From NCBI RefSeq assembly GCF_009914755.1, contig NC_060944.1: a DNA stretch of 64,000 nt. One strand, 5' to 3'. The position numbers were made by a program, and so were the translations under genes. Positions 1 to 13,790 of the stretch are shown here, piece by piece. Numbering within the stretch: the first letter of the stretch is position 1; each line of letters begins with the position of its first letter. Below the pieces are notes generated by a model. It had not been told where the DNA came from. It saw only the letters and a program-made list of their open reading frames with translations, and ran no database searches. The DNA is from the human T2T-CHM13v2.0 reference genome, Homo sapiens.

Positions 1-3000
1 GTTTTTATGTGAAGATATTTCCTTTTCATGCACAGGCCACAAAGCTCTCCAAATATCCAATTGCAGATTCTATAAAAAGAGAGTTTCAAAACTGCTCATT
101 CAAAAGATAGGTTCAACACTCTGAGTTCAATGCTCACATCACAAACAAGTTTATCAGAGTGCTTCTGTGTAGTTTTAATGTGAAGAGATTTCCTTTTCCA
201 CCATAGGCCTCAAAGCACTCCAAATATCCACTTGCAGATTCTACAAAAACAGTGTTTACAAACTACTCAGTCAAAAGAAAGTTTCAACACTGTGAGATGA
301 ATGCACACATCACAAAGAAGTTTCTCAGAATGCTTCTATGTAGTTTTTATATGACGGTATTTCCTTTTCCACAATAGGCCTGAAAGTAATCCAAATATCC
401 AATTCCAGATTCTACAAAAAGAGTTTTTCTGCTCAGTCAAAAGAAAGGCTCAACTGTGAGAGATGAATGCACACATCAAAAAGAAGTTTTTCAGAATGCT
501 TCTGCGTAATTTTTATGTGAAGATAATTCCTTTTCCACCATAGGCCTCAAAGGGCTCCCAATTTCCACCTGCAGATTCTACAAAAAGAGAGATTCAAAAC
601 TGCTGAATCAACAGATATGTTCAACTCTGTGAGTTGAATGCAGACATGACAAAGAAGTTTTTCCGAATGCTTCTTTGTAGTTTTTATGTGAAGATATTTC
701 CTTTTCCGCTATAGTCCTCAAAGTGCTCCAAATATCCAATTGCAGATTCTAAAAAAAGGGTGTTTCAGAACTGTTCAATGAAATCAAATGTTCAACACTG
801 TGAGATGAATGTGCACATCACAAAGAAGTTTCTCAGAATGCTTCTGTCTAGTTTTTATGTGAAGATATTTCCTTTTACACCATAGGCCTCAAAGCCCTCC
901 CAATATCCACTTGCCGATTCTACAAAAAGAGTGTTTCGAAACTGCTGAATCAATAGAAAGTTTCAACTCTGTGAGATGAATGCACACATCGCAAGGAAGT
1001 TTCTCAGAATGCCTCTGTATAGTTTTTATGTGAAGATATTTCCTTTTCCACAATAGGCCTCAAAGAGCTTCAAATATCCACTTGCAGATTCTATAAAAAG
1101 AGTGTTTCAAAACTGCTCAATCAAAAGAAAGGTTCACCTCCATGAGATGATTGCACACATCACAAAGAAGCTTCTCAGAATGCTTCTGTGTAGTTTTTAT
1201 GTGAAGATATTTCCTTTTGCAAAACAGGCTGCAAAGAGCTCCTAATATCCACTTGCAGATTCTACAAAAAGGGAGATTCAAAACGGCTCAATCAAAAGAT
1301 AGGTTCAACTCTGTGAGTTGAATGCATGCATCACAAAGAAGTTTCTCAGAATGCTTCTGTGTAGTTTTATGTGAACATATTTCCCTTTCCACAGTAGGCC
1401 TCACAGGGCTTCAAATATCCACTTCCAAATTCTGCCAAAAGAGTGTTTAATAACTGCTCAATCAAAAGAAAGTTTCAACTATGTGAGATGAATTCACACA
1501 TCAGAAAGTAGTTTCTTAGAATGCTTCTGTGTTTTGATGTGAAGATATTTCCTTTTCAAAAATAGGTTGCAAAGGGCTCCAAATATCCACTTGCAGATAC
1601 TACAAACAGAGAGTTTCAAAACCGCTGTATCAAAAGAAAGGTTCAACTCTGTGAGTTGAATGCACACATCACAAAGAAGTTTCTCAGAATGCTTCTTTGT
1701 AGTTTTTATATGAAGATATTTCCTTTTCCACCGTAGGCCTCAAAGCGCTTCAAATATCCACTTGCAGATCCTACAAAAAGAATGTTTCAAAATTGCTCAA
1801 TCAAAAGAAAGTTTCAACTCGGTGAGATGAGTGCACGCATCACAAAGATGTCTCTCAGAATGCTTCTGTGTAGTTTTTATGTGAAGATATTACCATTTCC
1901 ACAATAGGCCTCAAAGCTCTCTAAATATCCAAATGCAGATTCTACAAAAAGAGAGATTAAAAACTGCTCAATCAAAATGAAGGTTCAACTATCTGAGTTG
2001 AATGCCCACATCCCAAAGAAGTTTCTCAGAATGCTTCTGTGTACTTTTTATGTGAAGATATTTCCTTTTCCACAATAGGCCTCAAAGCGCTTCAAATATC
2101 TACTTGCAGATCCTTCCAAAAGAGTATTTCCAAACTGCTCAATCAAAGGAAAGGTTCAATTCTATGAGATGAATGCACATATCACAAAGAAGTTTCTCAG
2201 AATGCTTCTATATACTTTTTATTCGAAGATATTTCCTATTCCACAGTAGTCCTGTAAGCTCTCCAAATATCCACTTGCAGATTGCACAAAAAGAGTGTTT
2301 CAAGACTGCTCAATCAAAAGAGAGGTTCAACTCTTTCAAGTGAATGCACACAACACAAAGAAGTTTCTGAGAATCCTTCTGTGGACTTTTTATTTGAAGA
2401 TATATCCTTTTCCACCACACGCCACAAAGGGCTGAAAATATGCACTTGCAGATTCTACAAAAAGAGAGTTTCAAAACTGGTCTATCAAAAGATAGGTTCA
2501 GGTGTGTGGGTGGAATGGACACATCCAAAGAACTTTCTCAGAATGCTTCTGTGTAGTTTTTTTGTGAAGATATTTCCTTTTCAACAATAGGCCTCAAAGC
2601 GCCCCAAGTATCCAGTTGCAGATTCTACAAAAAGATAGATTAAGAAGTACTCAATCCAAACATAGGTTCAATTCTGTAAGATGAATGCACACATCGCAAA
2701 GAAGTTTCTCAGAATGCTTCTGTATATTGTTTATGTGAAGATATTTCCTTTTCCACAGTAGGCCTCAAAGTGCTCCAAATATCCACTTGCAGATGCTACA
2801 AAAAGAGTGTTTCAAAACTGCTCAATCGAAACGAAGGTTCAACAGTGTGAGATGAATGCACATCAAAAAGAAGTTTCTCAGAATGCTTCTGTGTAGTTTT
2901 ATGTGAATATATTTCCCTTTCCACAATAAGCCTCACAGGGCTTCAAATATCCACTTCCAGATTCGATAAAAAGAGTGGTTCACAACTGCTCAATCAAAAG

Positions 3001-6000
3001 AAAGTTTCAATTCTGTGAGATGAATTCACACATCAGAAAGTAGTTTCTCAAAATGCTTCTGTGTAATTTTTATGTGAAGATATTTCCTTTTCCACCATAG
3101 GCTGCAAAGGGCTCCAAATATCCACTTGCCTATACTATAAAAAGAGAGTTTCAAAAATTCTCTATCAAAAGAAAGGTTCAACACAGTGAGTTGAATGCAC
3201 ACATCACAAAGTAGTTTCTCAGAATTCTTCTTTGTAGTTTTTATGTGAAGATATTTCCTTTTCCACCATTGGCTTCAAAGTGCTCCAAATATCCACTTGC
3301 AGATGCTACAAAAAGAGTGTTTGAAAATAGATCAATTGAAAGAAAAGTTCAACTCTGTGAGATGAATGCACACATCAAAAAGAAGTTTCTCAGAATGCTT
3401 CTGTGTAGTTTTTATGTGAAGATATTTCCTTTTCCACAATAGGCCTCAAAGCACTTCAAATACCTACTAGCAGATTCTTCAAAAAGAGTCTTTCTAAACT
3501 GCTGCATCAAAAGAAAGTTTCAGATTTTTGAGATGAATGCACACATCACACAGAAGTTTCTCAGAATGCTTTCGTGTAGTTTTTATTTGAAGATATTTCC
3601 TTTTCAAAAATAGGCAGCAAAGGGATCAAAATATCCACTTGCAGATTCTACAAAAAGAGAAATTCAAAACCGTGCCATCAAAGGATAGGTTCAACTCTGT
3701 GAGTCAAATTGACACATCACAAAGTAGTGTCTCAGAATACTTCTGTTTAGTTTTTATGTGAAGATATTCCCTTTTCCAACATAGACCTCAAAGTGCTCTA
3801 AATATCCAATTACAGATTCTACAAAAAGAGTGTTTCCAAACTGCTCAATGAAAAGAAAGTTTCAACTCTGTGAGATGAATGCACATATCACAAAGAAGTT
3901 TTTCAGAATGCTTCTATATACTTTTTATTCAAAGATATTTCTTATTCCACAGTTGTCCTCTAAGCTCTCCAAATATCCACTTGCAGACTCTACAAAAAGA
4001 GTGTTTCAAGACTGCTCAATCAAAAGAAAGGTTCAACTCTATTAGGTGAATGCACACAACACAAAGATGTTTCTGAGAATCCTTCTGTGGACTTTGTATG
4101 TGAAGATATTTCCTTTTCCACCATATGCCGCAAAGGGATGAAAATATGCACTTGCAGATTCTACAAAAAGAGAGTTTCAAAACTGGTCTATCAAAAGATA
4201 GGTTCAGGTGTGTGGGTGGAATGGACACATCACAAAGAACTTTCTCAGAATGCTTCTGTGTAGTTTTTTTCTGAAGATATTTCCTTTTCAACAATAGGCC
4301 TCAAAGCGCCCTGAGTATCCACTTGCAGATTCTACAAAAAGATAGATTAAAAAGGGCTCAATCAAAAGATAGATTCAATTCTGTAAGATGAATGCACACA
4401 TCACAAAGAAGTTTCTCAGAATGCTTCTGTATGTTGTTTATGTGAAGGTATTTCCTGTTCTGCAGTAGGCCTCAAAGTGCTCCAAATATCCACTTGCAGA
4501 TTCTACAAAAAGAGTGTTTCAAAACTGCTCAGTCAAAAGAAAAATTCAATTCTGTGAGATGAATGCACACGTCACAAAGAAGTTTCTCAGAATGCTTCTG
4601 TGTAGTTTTTATGTGAAGATATTCCGTTTTCCACCATAGGCCACAAAGGGCTCCAAATATACACTTGCAGATTCTACACAGTTTCAAAACTGCTCTATAG
4701 AAAGATAGGTTCAGTTCTGTGAGTTCAATGTACATATAACAAAGAAGTTTCTGAGAGTGCTTCTGTGTAGTTTTTATGTGAAGATATTTCTTTTTCTGCT
4801 ATAGGGCTCAAAGCACTCCAAATATCCACTTGCAGATTCTACAGAAAGAGTGTTTCCAAACTGCTCAATAAAAAGAAATGTTCAAATATGTGAGATGAAT
4901 GCACACATCACAAAGAAGTTTCTCAGAATGCTTCTGTGTGGTTTTTATCTGAAGATATTTCCTTTTCCACAAATGGCCTTAAAGCGTTCCAAATATCCCC
5001 TTGCAGATTCTACAAAAAGAGTGTTTCCAAACTGCTCAATAAAATGAGAGGCTTAACTCTGTGAGATGAATCTACACATCACAAAGCTGTTTCTCAGAAT
5101 GCTTCTTAGTAGTTTTTATTTGAAGATATTTCCTTTTCCATCCTAGTCCACAAAGGGCTCCAAGTATCCACTTGAAGATGCTACAAAAAGAGAGTTTTGA
5201 AACTGCTCAATCAAAAGATAGGTTGAAATCTGTGAGTTGAATGCAGACATCACAAAGAAGTTTCTCGGTATTCTTCTGTGTAGTTTTTATGCGAAGATAT
5301 TTCTTTTTCCACGATAGTCATCAAATTGCTTCGAATATCCACTTGCTGATTCCAGAAAAAGAGTGTTTCAAAAGTGCATAATCAAAAGAGAGTTTGAACT
5401 CTGTGAGATGAATGCACAGATCACAAACAAGTTTCTCAGAATGCTTCTGTGTACTTTTTATGTGAAGATATTACCTTCTCCACCATAGGCCTCAAAGTGC
5501 TCCAAATATCTACTTGCAGATTCTTCAAAAAGAGTGTTTCCAAACTGATGAATGAAAAGAAAGGTTCAACTCTGTGAGATGAATGCACACATAACAAAGA
5601 AGATTCTCAGAATGCTTCTGTGTAGTTTTTATGTGAAGTTATTTCCTTTTCCAGCATAGGCCTCAAAACACTCCAAATATCCACTTGCAGATTCTACAAA
5701 AAGAGTGTTTCCAAACTGCTCAATCAAAATGAAGGTTCTACTCTGTGAGAGGAACGCACCCATTGCAAAGAAGTTTCTCAGAATGCTTCTGTGTAGTTTT
5801 TATGTGAAGATATTTCCTTTTCCATCATAGGCCAAAAAGGGCTCCATGTATCCACTTGAAGGTGCTATAAAAAGATAGTTTCGAAACTGCTCCATCAAAA
5901 GATATGTTCAAATTTCTGTGTTGAATGCACACATCACAAAGAAGTATCTTGGAATTCTTCTGTGTAGGTTTTATGTGAAGATATTTCCTTTCCCACCATT

Positions 6001-9000
6001 GGCGTCAAAATGCTCCGAATATCCACTTGCAGATTCCACAAAAAGAGGGTTTCAAAAGTGCACAATCGAAAGAGAGGTTCAACTCTGTGAGATGAATGCA
6101 CACATCACAAACAAGTTTCTCAGAATGCTTCTGTGTACTTTTTATGTGAAGATATTTCCTTTTCCAAAATAGGCCTCAAAGCGCTCCAAATATCCATCTG
6201 CAGGTTCTACAAAAAGTCTGTTTCAAAACTGCTCAATCAAAAGACAGTTTCAACTCTCTGAGGTGAATGCACACATCACAAAGAAGATTCTCAGAATGCT
6301 TCTGTGTAGTTTTTATGTGAAAATTTTTCCTTTTCCATCATAGGCCACAAAGCGCTCCAAATATCCACTTGCAGATTCTACAAAAAGAGTGTTTCAAAAC
6401 TGCTCAATCAAAGGAGAGGTTGAACTCTGTGAGATGAATGCACACATCACAAAGAAGTTTCTCAGAATGCTTCTGTGTAGTTTTTCTATGAAGATATTCC
6501 TTTTTCCACCATAGGCTTCAAAGGGCTCCAAATATCCACTTGAAGATTTTACAAAAAGAGAGTTTCAAAACTGCTCTATCAAAAGGTAGGTTCAACTCTG
6601 TGAATTGAATGCATACATCACAAAGTAGTTCCTCAGAATGCTTCTGGGTAGTTTCTATGTGAAGATATTTCCTTTTCCACCATAGGCCTCAAAGAGCTCC
6701 ATATATCCACTTGCAGATTCTACAAAAAGAGTGTTTCCAGACTGCTCAATAAAATGAAAGGCTCAACTCTGTGAGATGAATTCACACATCACAAAGAAAT
6801 TTGTCAGAATGTTTCTGTGTCGTTTTTATGTGAAGATATTTCCTTTTTCATCGTAGGCCACAAATGGCTCCATGTGTCCATTTGAAGATGCTACAAAAAG
6901 AGAGTTTTGAAACTGCTGGATCAAAAGATAAGTTCAAATTTGTGAGTTGGATGCACACATCACAATGAAGTATCTCGGAATTCTTCTGTGCAGGTTTTTT
7001 GTGACGCTATATCCTTTTCCACCATAGGCGTCAAATTGCTCCGAATATCCACTTGCAGATTCCACAAAAAGAGGGTTTCAAAAGTGCACAATCAAAACAG
7101 AGGTTCAACTCTGTGAGATGAATGCACACATCACAAACAAGTTTCTCAGAATACTTCTGTGTACTTTTTATGTGAAGATATTTCCTTTTCCAAAACAGGA
7201 CTCAAAGTGCTCCAAATATCCACCTGCAGGTTCTACAAAAAGTCTGTTTCAAACCTGCTCAACCAAAGGCGGTTCAACTCTCTGAGATGAATGCACACAT
7301 CACAAAGAAGTTTCTCAGAATGCTTCTGTGTAGTTTTTGTGTGAAGATATTTCCTTTTCCACTCTGGGCATCAAAGGGCTTCAAATATCCACTTGCAGAT
7401 CCTATCAAAAGAGTGTTTCAAAACTGCTCAATCAAAAGAAAGTTTAAACTCTGTGAGATGAATGCACACATCACAAAGGAGTTTCTCAGAGTGCTTCTGT
7501 TTATTTTTTATGTGAAGATATTTCCTTTTCCACAATAGACCTTGATGCGATCTGAATATCCACTTTCAAATTCTACAAGAAGGGTGTTTCAAAACTGCTC
7601 AATCAAATAAAAGTTTCAGCTCTATGAGATGAATGCACACATCACAAGGAAGTTCCTCAGAATGCTTCTGTGTAGTTTTTTTGTGAAGATATTTCCTTTT
7701 CAAAAATAGACCACAAAGGGCTCAAAATATCCGGTTCTATATTCTGCAGAAACAGAAATTCAAAACTGTTCAATCAAACGACAGGTTCAACTCTGTGAGT
7801 TGAGTGCACACATCACACAGAAGTTTCTCAGAGTGCTTCTGTGTAGTTTTCATGTGAAGATATTTCCTCTTCCACCATAGGCTTCAAAGTGCTCCAAATA
7901 TACACTTGCAGATTCTACAAAAAGAGTGTTTCCAAACTGCTCAATCAAGAGAAAGGTTCAACTCTGTGAGATGAGTGCACACATCACAAAGAAGTTGTCA
8001 GAATGCTTCTGTGTAGTTTTTATGTGAAGATATTTCCTTTTCCACAATAGGCCCCAAAGTGCTGTAAATATCCCCTTGCAGATTCTACAAAAAGAGTGTT
8101 ACAAAACTGCTCAATAAAATGAAAGACTCAACTCTGTGAGATGAATTCACACATCACAAAGAAGTTTCTCAGAATGCTTCTGTGTAGTTTTTATGTGAAG
8201 ATATTTCCTTTTCCATCATAGGCCACAAAGGGCTCCATGTATCCACTTGAAGATGCTACAAAAATAGAGTTTTGAAACTGCTTGATCAAAAGATAGGTTC
8301 AAATTTGCGAGTTGAATGCACACATCACAATGAAGTATCTCGGAATTCTTCTGTGTAGTTTTTTTGTGAAGATATTTCCTTTTCCATCATAGGCTTCGAA
8401 GCGCTCCAAATATCCACTTGCAGATTCCACAAAAAGAGGGTTTCAAAAGTGCACAATCAAAAGAGAGGTTCAATTCCGTGAGATGAATGCACACATCACA
8501 AACAAGTTTCTTAGAATGTTTCTGCATACTTTTTATGTGAAGATATTTCCTTCTCCACCATAGGCCTCAAAGGGCTCCAATTATCCACTTGCAGATTCTT
8601 CAAAAACTGTGATGTGAATGCACACATCACAAAGAAGATTCTGAGAAAGTTTCTGTGTAGTTTTTATGTGAAGATATTTCCTTTTCCACCATAGGCTTCA
8701 AAGCACTCCAAATATCCACTTGCAGATTCTACAAAAAGAGAGTTTCAAAACTTCTCTATCAAAGTAGAGACTCAACGCAGTGAGTTGAATGCACACATTA
8801 CACAGAAGTTTCTCAGAATGCTTCTGTGCAGTTTTTATGTGAATATATTTCCTTTTCCACCAGAGGCCTGAAAGTGCTTCAAATATCTAATTTGCAGTTT
8901 CTACAAAAAGAGTTTTTCAAAACTGCTCAATCAAAAGAAAGTTTCAACTCTTTCAGATGAATGCACAGATCACAAAGAAGTTTCTCAGAATGCTTCTGTG

Positions 9001-9430
9001 TAGTTTTTATGTGAAGATATTTCCTTTTCCACCATAGGCCTCAAAGCGCTCCAAATATCTATTTGCAGATTCTACAAAAAGAGTGTTTCCAAACTGCTCA
9101 ATCCAAAGAAAACTCCAACTCTCTGAGATGAATGCACACATCACAAAGAAGTTTCTGAGAACACTTCTGCGTAATTTTAATGTGAAGATATTCCCTTTCC
9201 ACAATAGGCCTCAAAGTGCTTCAAATATCCACTTGCAGATTTTATAAAGTGTGTTTCAAAACTGCTCAAGCAAAAGAAGGGTTCAACACTATGAGATGAA
9301 TGCACACATCACAAAGAAGTTTCTGAGAAAGCTGCTGTATAGTTTTTTTGTGAAGATATTTCCTTTTCCAAAATAGGCCACAAGTGGCTCCAAATGTCCA
9401 CTTGCAGATTCTACCAAAAGAGAGATGCAA
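1..9430 (-). repeat. Alpha satellite, divergent monomeric layer of A-type (pJalpha box) monomers only; SF4-or-older-like
   Basis: Continuous ~171-bp tandem repeat with TTCCTTTTCCACCATAG-type pJalpha box. Layer-typical variants are GAGATGAATG, TCTCAGAATGCTTCTGTGTAG and CTGCTCAATC. No CENP-B box seen. Exact suprachromosomal family is not assignable without HMM typing; the boundary is approximate. Confidence 0.93.
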
Positions 9431-12400
9431 AACTGTTCTATCAAAAGGACAGTTCAACTCTCCGAGTTGAGTGCACACATCACAAAGTAGTTTCTGGGAA
9501 TGCTTCTATCTCGTTTTATATGAAGATATTCCCGTTTCCACTGTAGGCCACATAGTGCTCAAAATATCCACTTGCAGATTCTATAAAAAGAGTGTTTCAA
9601 AACTGCACTATCAAAAGGAGCGTTCAACTCTGTGAGTTGAATGCAAACATCACAAAGAAGTTTCTGAGAATACTTCTTTCTAGTTTCTTTGTGAAAATAT
9701 TTGTGTTCCCACTGATGCCTTCCTTGCGATCAAATATCCACCTGCAGATATTACAAAATGAGTGTTTCAAAACTGCTCTATCAAAAGGATGGTTCAACTC
9801 TCTGAGTTGAATGCACACATCACAAAGAAGTTTCTGAGAATGCTTCTGTCTAGTTTTTATGTGAAGATATTCCCGTTTCCACCGTAGGCCTCAAAGAGCT
9901 TAAATTATCCACTTGTAGATTGTACAAAAAGAGTGTTTCAAAACTGCTCTATCAAAAGAAAGTTCAACACTGTGAGTTGAATGAACACATCCCAAAGAAG
10001 TTTCTGAGAATGCCTCTGTCTAATTTTTATGTGAAGATATTCTCGTTTCCACCGAAGGCCTCAAAGCGGTCCAAATATCCACTTGCAGATTCTACAAAAA
10101 GAGTGTTTCAAAACTGCTCAATCAAAAGGATTGTTCAACTCTGTGAGTTAAACCCAAACATCACAACATAGTTTCTGAGAATGCTTCTGTGTAGTTTTTA
10201 TATGAATATATTTCCTTTTGTACCATAGGCCTCAAAGCACTCCAAATATCCAGTTGCAGATTCTACAAAAAGTGTGTTTCAAAACTGCTCTAAAAAAATG
10301 GAGGTTAAACTCTCTGAATTGAATGCACACATCACAAAGAAGTTTCTGATAATGCTTCTGTCTAGTTTTTATGTGAAGATATACCGGTTTCCACTGTAGG
10401 CCTAAAAGCACTCCAAATATCCACTTGCAGATTCTACAAAAAGAGGCATTCAAAACTGATCTATCAAAAGGAAGGTTCAACTCTCTGAGTTGAAAGCACA
10501 CATCACAAGAAGTTACTGAGAATGCTTCTATCTAGTTTCTATGGGACGATATTTCCTTTTCCAGCACACGCCACAAAGCGCTCCAAATGTCCACTTGCAT
10601 ATTCTACAAAAAGAGTGTTTCAAGACTGCTCTATCAAAAGGAAGGTTCAACTCCATGAGTTGAATTCACACGTCACAAAGAAGTTTCAGAGAATGCTTCT
10701 GTCTAGTTTTTATGTGAAGATATTCCCATTTCCACCATAGGCCTCAAAGCGCTCCAAATATCCACTTGAACCTTCTACAAAAAGAGTGTTTCAAAACTGC
10801 TCTATCAAAAGCAATGCTCAAGTCTGTGAGTTGAATGCACACATCACAAAGAAGTTTCTGAGAATGCTTCTGTCTAGTTTTTATGTGAAGATATTTCCCT
10901 TTCCACCACAGGCCTCAAAGCGCTGCAAACGTCCACTTGCAGATTCTACAAAAAGAGTGTTTCAAAACTGCTCTATCAAAAGAAAGGTTCTACTCTTTGA
11001 GTTGAATGCACACGTCACAATGAAGTTTCTGAGAATGCTTCTGTCTAATTTTTAGGTGAGGATTTTCCCATTTCCAACAAAGGCCTCAAAGCGCTCCAAA
11101 TGTCCACTTGCAGATTCTATAAAAAGAGTGTTTCAAAAGTGCTTTATGAAAAGGAATATTCAACTCTGTGAGTTGAATGCCCACATCAAAATGAAGTTTC
11201 TGAGAATGCTTCTGTCTAGTTTTTAAGTGGAGATATTCGTCTTTCCACCGAAGGCCTAAAAGCGCTCCGTATATCCATCTACAGATTCTACAAAGAGAGT
11301 GTTTCAAAACTGCTCTATCAAAAGAAAGGTTCAACTCTGGGATTTGAATGCACACATCACAAAGTAGTTTCTGAGAATGCTTCTGTGTAGTTTTTATATA
11401 AAGGTATTTCCTTTTCTACCATAGGCATCAAAGCACTCCATATATCCACTTGCAGATTCTACAACAAGATTTTTCAAAGCTGCTCTGCCAAAAGGAAGGT
11501 TTAACTCCCTGAGTTGAATGCAAGCATCACAAATTACTTTCTGAAAATGCTTCTGTCTAGTTTTTCTGTGAAGATATTCCCGTTTCCACGTAGGCCTCAA
11601 AATCTCCAAATATATACTTGCAGATTCTACAAAAAGCCTCTGTCAAAACTGCTGTATCAAAAGGAAGGTTCAACTCTCCCAGGTGAATGGACAAATCACA
11701 AATAAGTTTCTGAGAATGCTTCTGTCTAGTTTTCTTGTGAAGATATTACTGTTTCCACCGTAGGCCTCAAATCGCTCCAAATATCAAACTGCAGATTCCA
11801 CAAAACGAGTGTCTCAAAACTGCACTATGAAAACGAAGGTTCAAATCTGTGAGTTGAATGCACACATCCGAAAGAAGTTTCTGAGAATGCTTCCTTCTAG
11901 TTTTTATGTGAAGATATTCCCGATTACCCCTAAGGCCTAAAAGCGGTCCAAATATCCTCTTGCAGATTCTACAAAAAGAGTGTTTCAAAACTGCTCTATG
12001 AAAACGAATGTTCAGCTCTGTGAGTTCAATGCAAACATCACAAAGAAGTTTCTGAGAATGTTTCTGTCTAGTTTTTGTTTGCAGACATTTCCTTTTCCAC
12101 CATAGACCTCAAACTGCTCCAAATATTCACTTGCAGATTCTAAAATAGAGTGTTTCAAAACTGCTCTAAGAAAAGGAAATTTCAACTCTGTGAGTTGAAT
12201 GCACACATCACAAAGAAGATACTGAGATTGCCTCTGTCCAGTTTACATGTGAAGATATACCCCTTTCCACCAAAGGCCTAAAAGCACTCCAAATATCCAC
12301 TTGCAGATTCTACAAAAAGAGTGTTTCAAAACTGATCTATCAAAAGGAAGTGTTATCTTCATGAGGTCAATGCACATCACAATATAGTTTCTGATAATGC

Positions 12401-13790
12401 TTCTGTATAATTTTTATATGAAGATATGTCCTTTTCCAACATAGGCCTCAAAGGGCTCAAAATATCCACTTGCAGATTCTATGAAAAGAGTGATTCAAAA
12501 CTGCTCTATGAAAAGGAAGGTTGAACTCCGTGAGTTGAATGCACCCATCACAAAGAAGGTTCTCAGAATGAAGATATTACGTGAAGATATTCTTGTTTCC
12601 ACCGAAGGCCTCAAAGTGCTCCAAATATCCACTTGCCGATCCTACAAAAAGAGTGTTTCAAAACTGCTCTATCAAAAGAAAAGTTCAACTCTTTTAGTTG
12701 AATGCACACTTCACAAAGAAGTTTCTGAGAATGCTTCTGTCTACTCTTTAGGTGAAGAAACTTCCTTTTCCATCATAGACCTTAAAGCGCTCAAATATCC
12801 ACTTGCAGATTCTTCAAAAAGAGTGTTTCAAAACTGCTGTATGAAAAGGGAGGTCCAATTCTGTGAGTTGAATGCACACATCACAAAGAAGTTTCTAGGA
12901 TACTTCTGTCAAGATTTTATGTGAAGATATTCCCGTTTCCAACATAGGCCTCAAAGAGCTCCAAATATCCACTTGCAGATTCTACAAAAATAGTGTTTCA
13001 AAACTGCTCTATCAAAAGAAAGGTTCACCTCTGTTTGTTGAACGAACACATAACAAAGAAATTTCTGAGAATCCATCTGTCTACTTTTTATGTGAAGACA
13101 CTTCCTTTTCCACCATAGACCTCAAAGCGCTCCAAATATCCAATTCCAGATTCTACAAAAAGAGTGTTTCAAAACTACTCTATCAAAACGAAGGTTAAAC
13201 TCTGTGAGTTGAATGCACACATCACAAAGAAGTTTCTGAGAATGCTTCGGTCTGATTTTTATGTGAAGTTATTTCCCTTTTCACCACAGGCATCAAAGTG
13301 CTCAAAATGTCCAATTGCAGATTCTACAAAAAGAGTTTTTCAAAACTTGTCTATGAAAAGAAAGGTTCAACTCTGTAGGTTGGATGCACACATCACAAAG
13401 TAGTTTCTGAGAATGCTTCTGTCTAGTTTTTAATATGAAGACATTTCCTTTTCTACCTTAGGCCTCAAAGCGCTCCAAATATCCACTTGCAGATTCCACA
13501 AAAAGAGTGTTTCAAAACTGATCTATGAAAAGGAAGTTTCTACTCTGTGAATTGAATGCGCACAACACAAAGAAGTTTCCGAGACTGTTTCTGTCTAGTT
13601 TTTATATGAAGATATTCCAGTTTCCAGAGAAGGCCTCAAAGAGTTCCATATATCCACTTGCAGATTCTACAAAAAGAGTGTTTCAAAACTGCTCTGTGAA
13701 AAGGAATGTTCAGCACTGTGAGTGGAATGGAAACATCACAAAGAAGTTTCTGAGAATGCTGCTGTCTAGTTTTTATGTGAAAATATTCCC
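9431..13790 (-). repeat. Alpha satellite, transitional layer with A-type and hybrid A/B-box monomers
   Basis: Switch to GAGTTGAATG, CTGAGAATGCTTCTGTCTAG and CTGCTCTATC. The box region is often TCCCGTTTCCACCGTAGG (9871) or TCTCGTTTCCACCGAAGG (10041). No core-complete CENP-B box seen. Confidence 0.8.
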
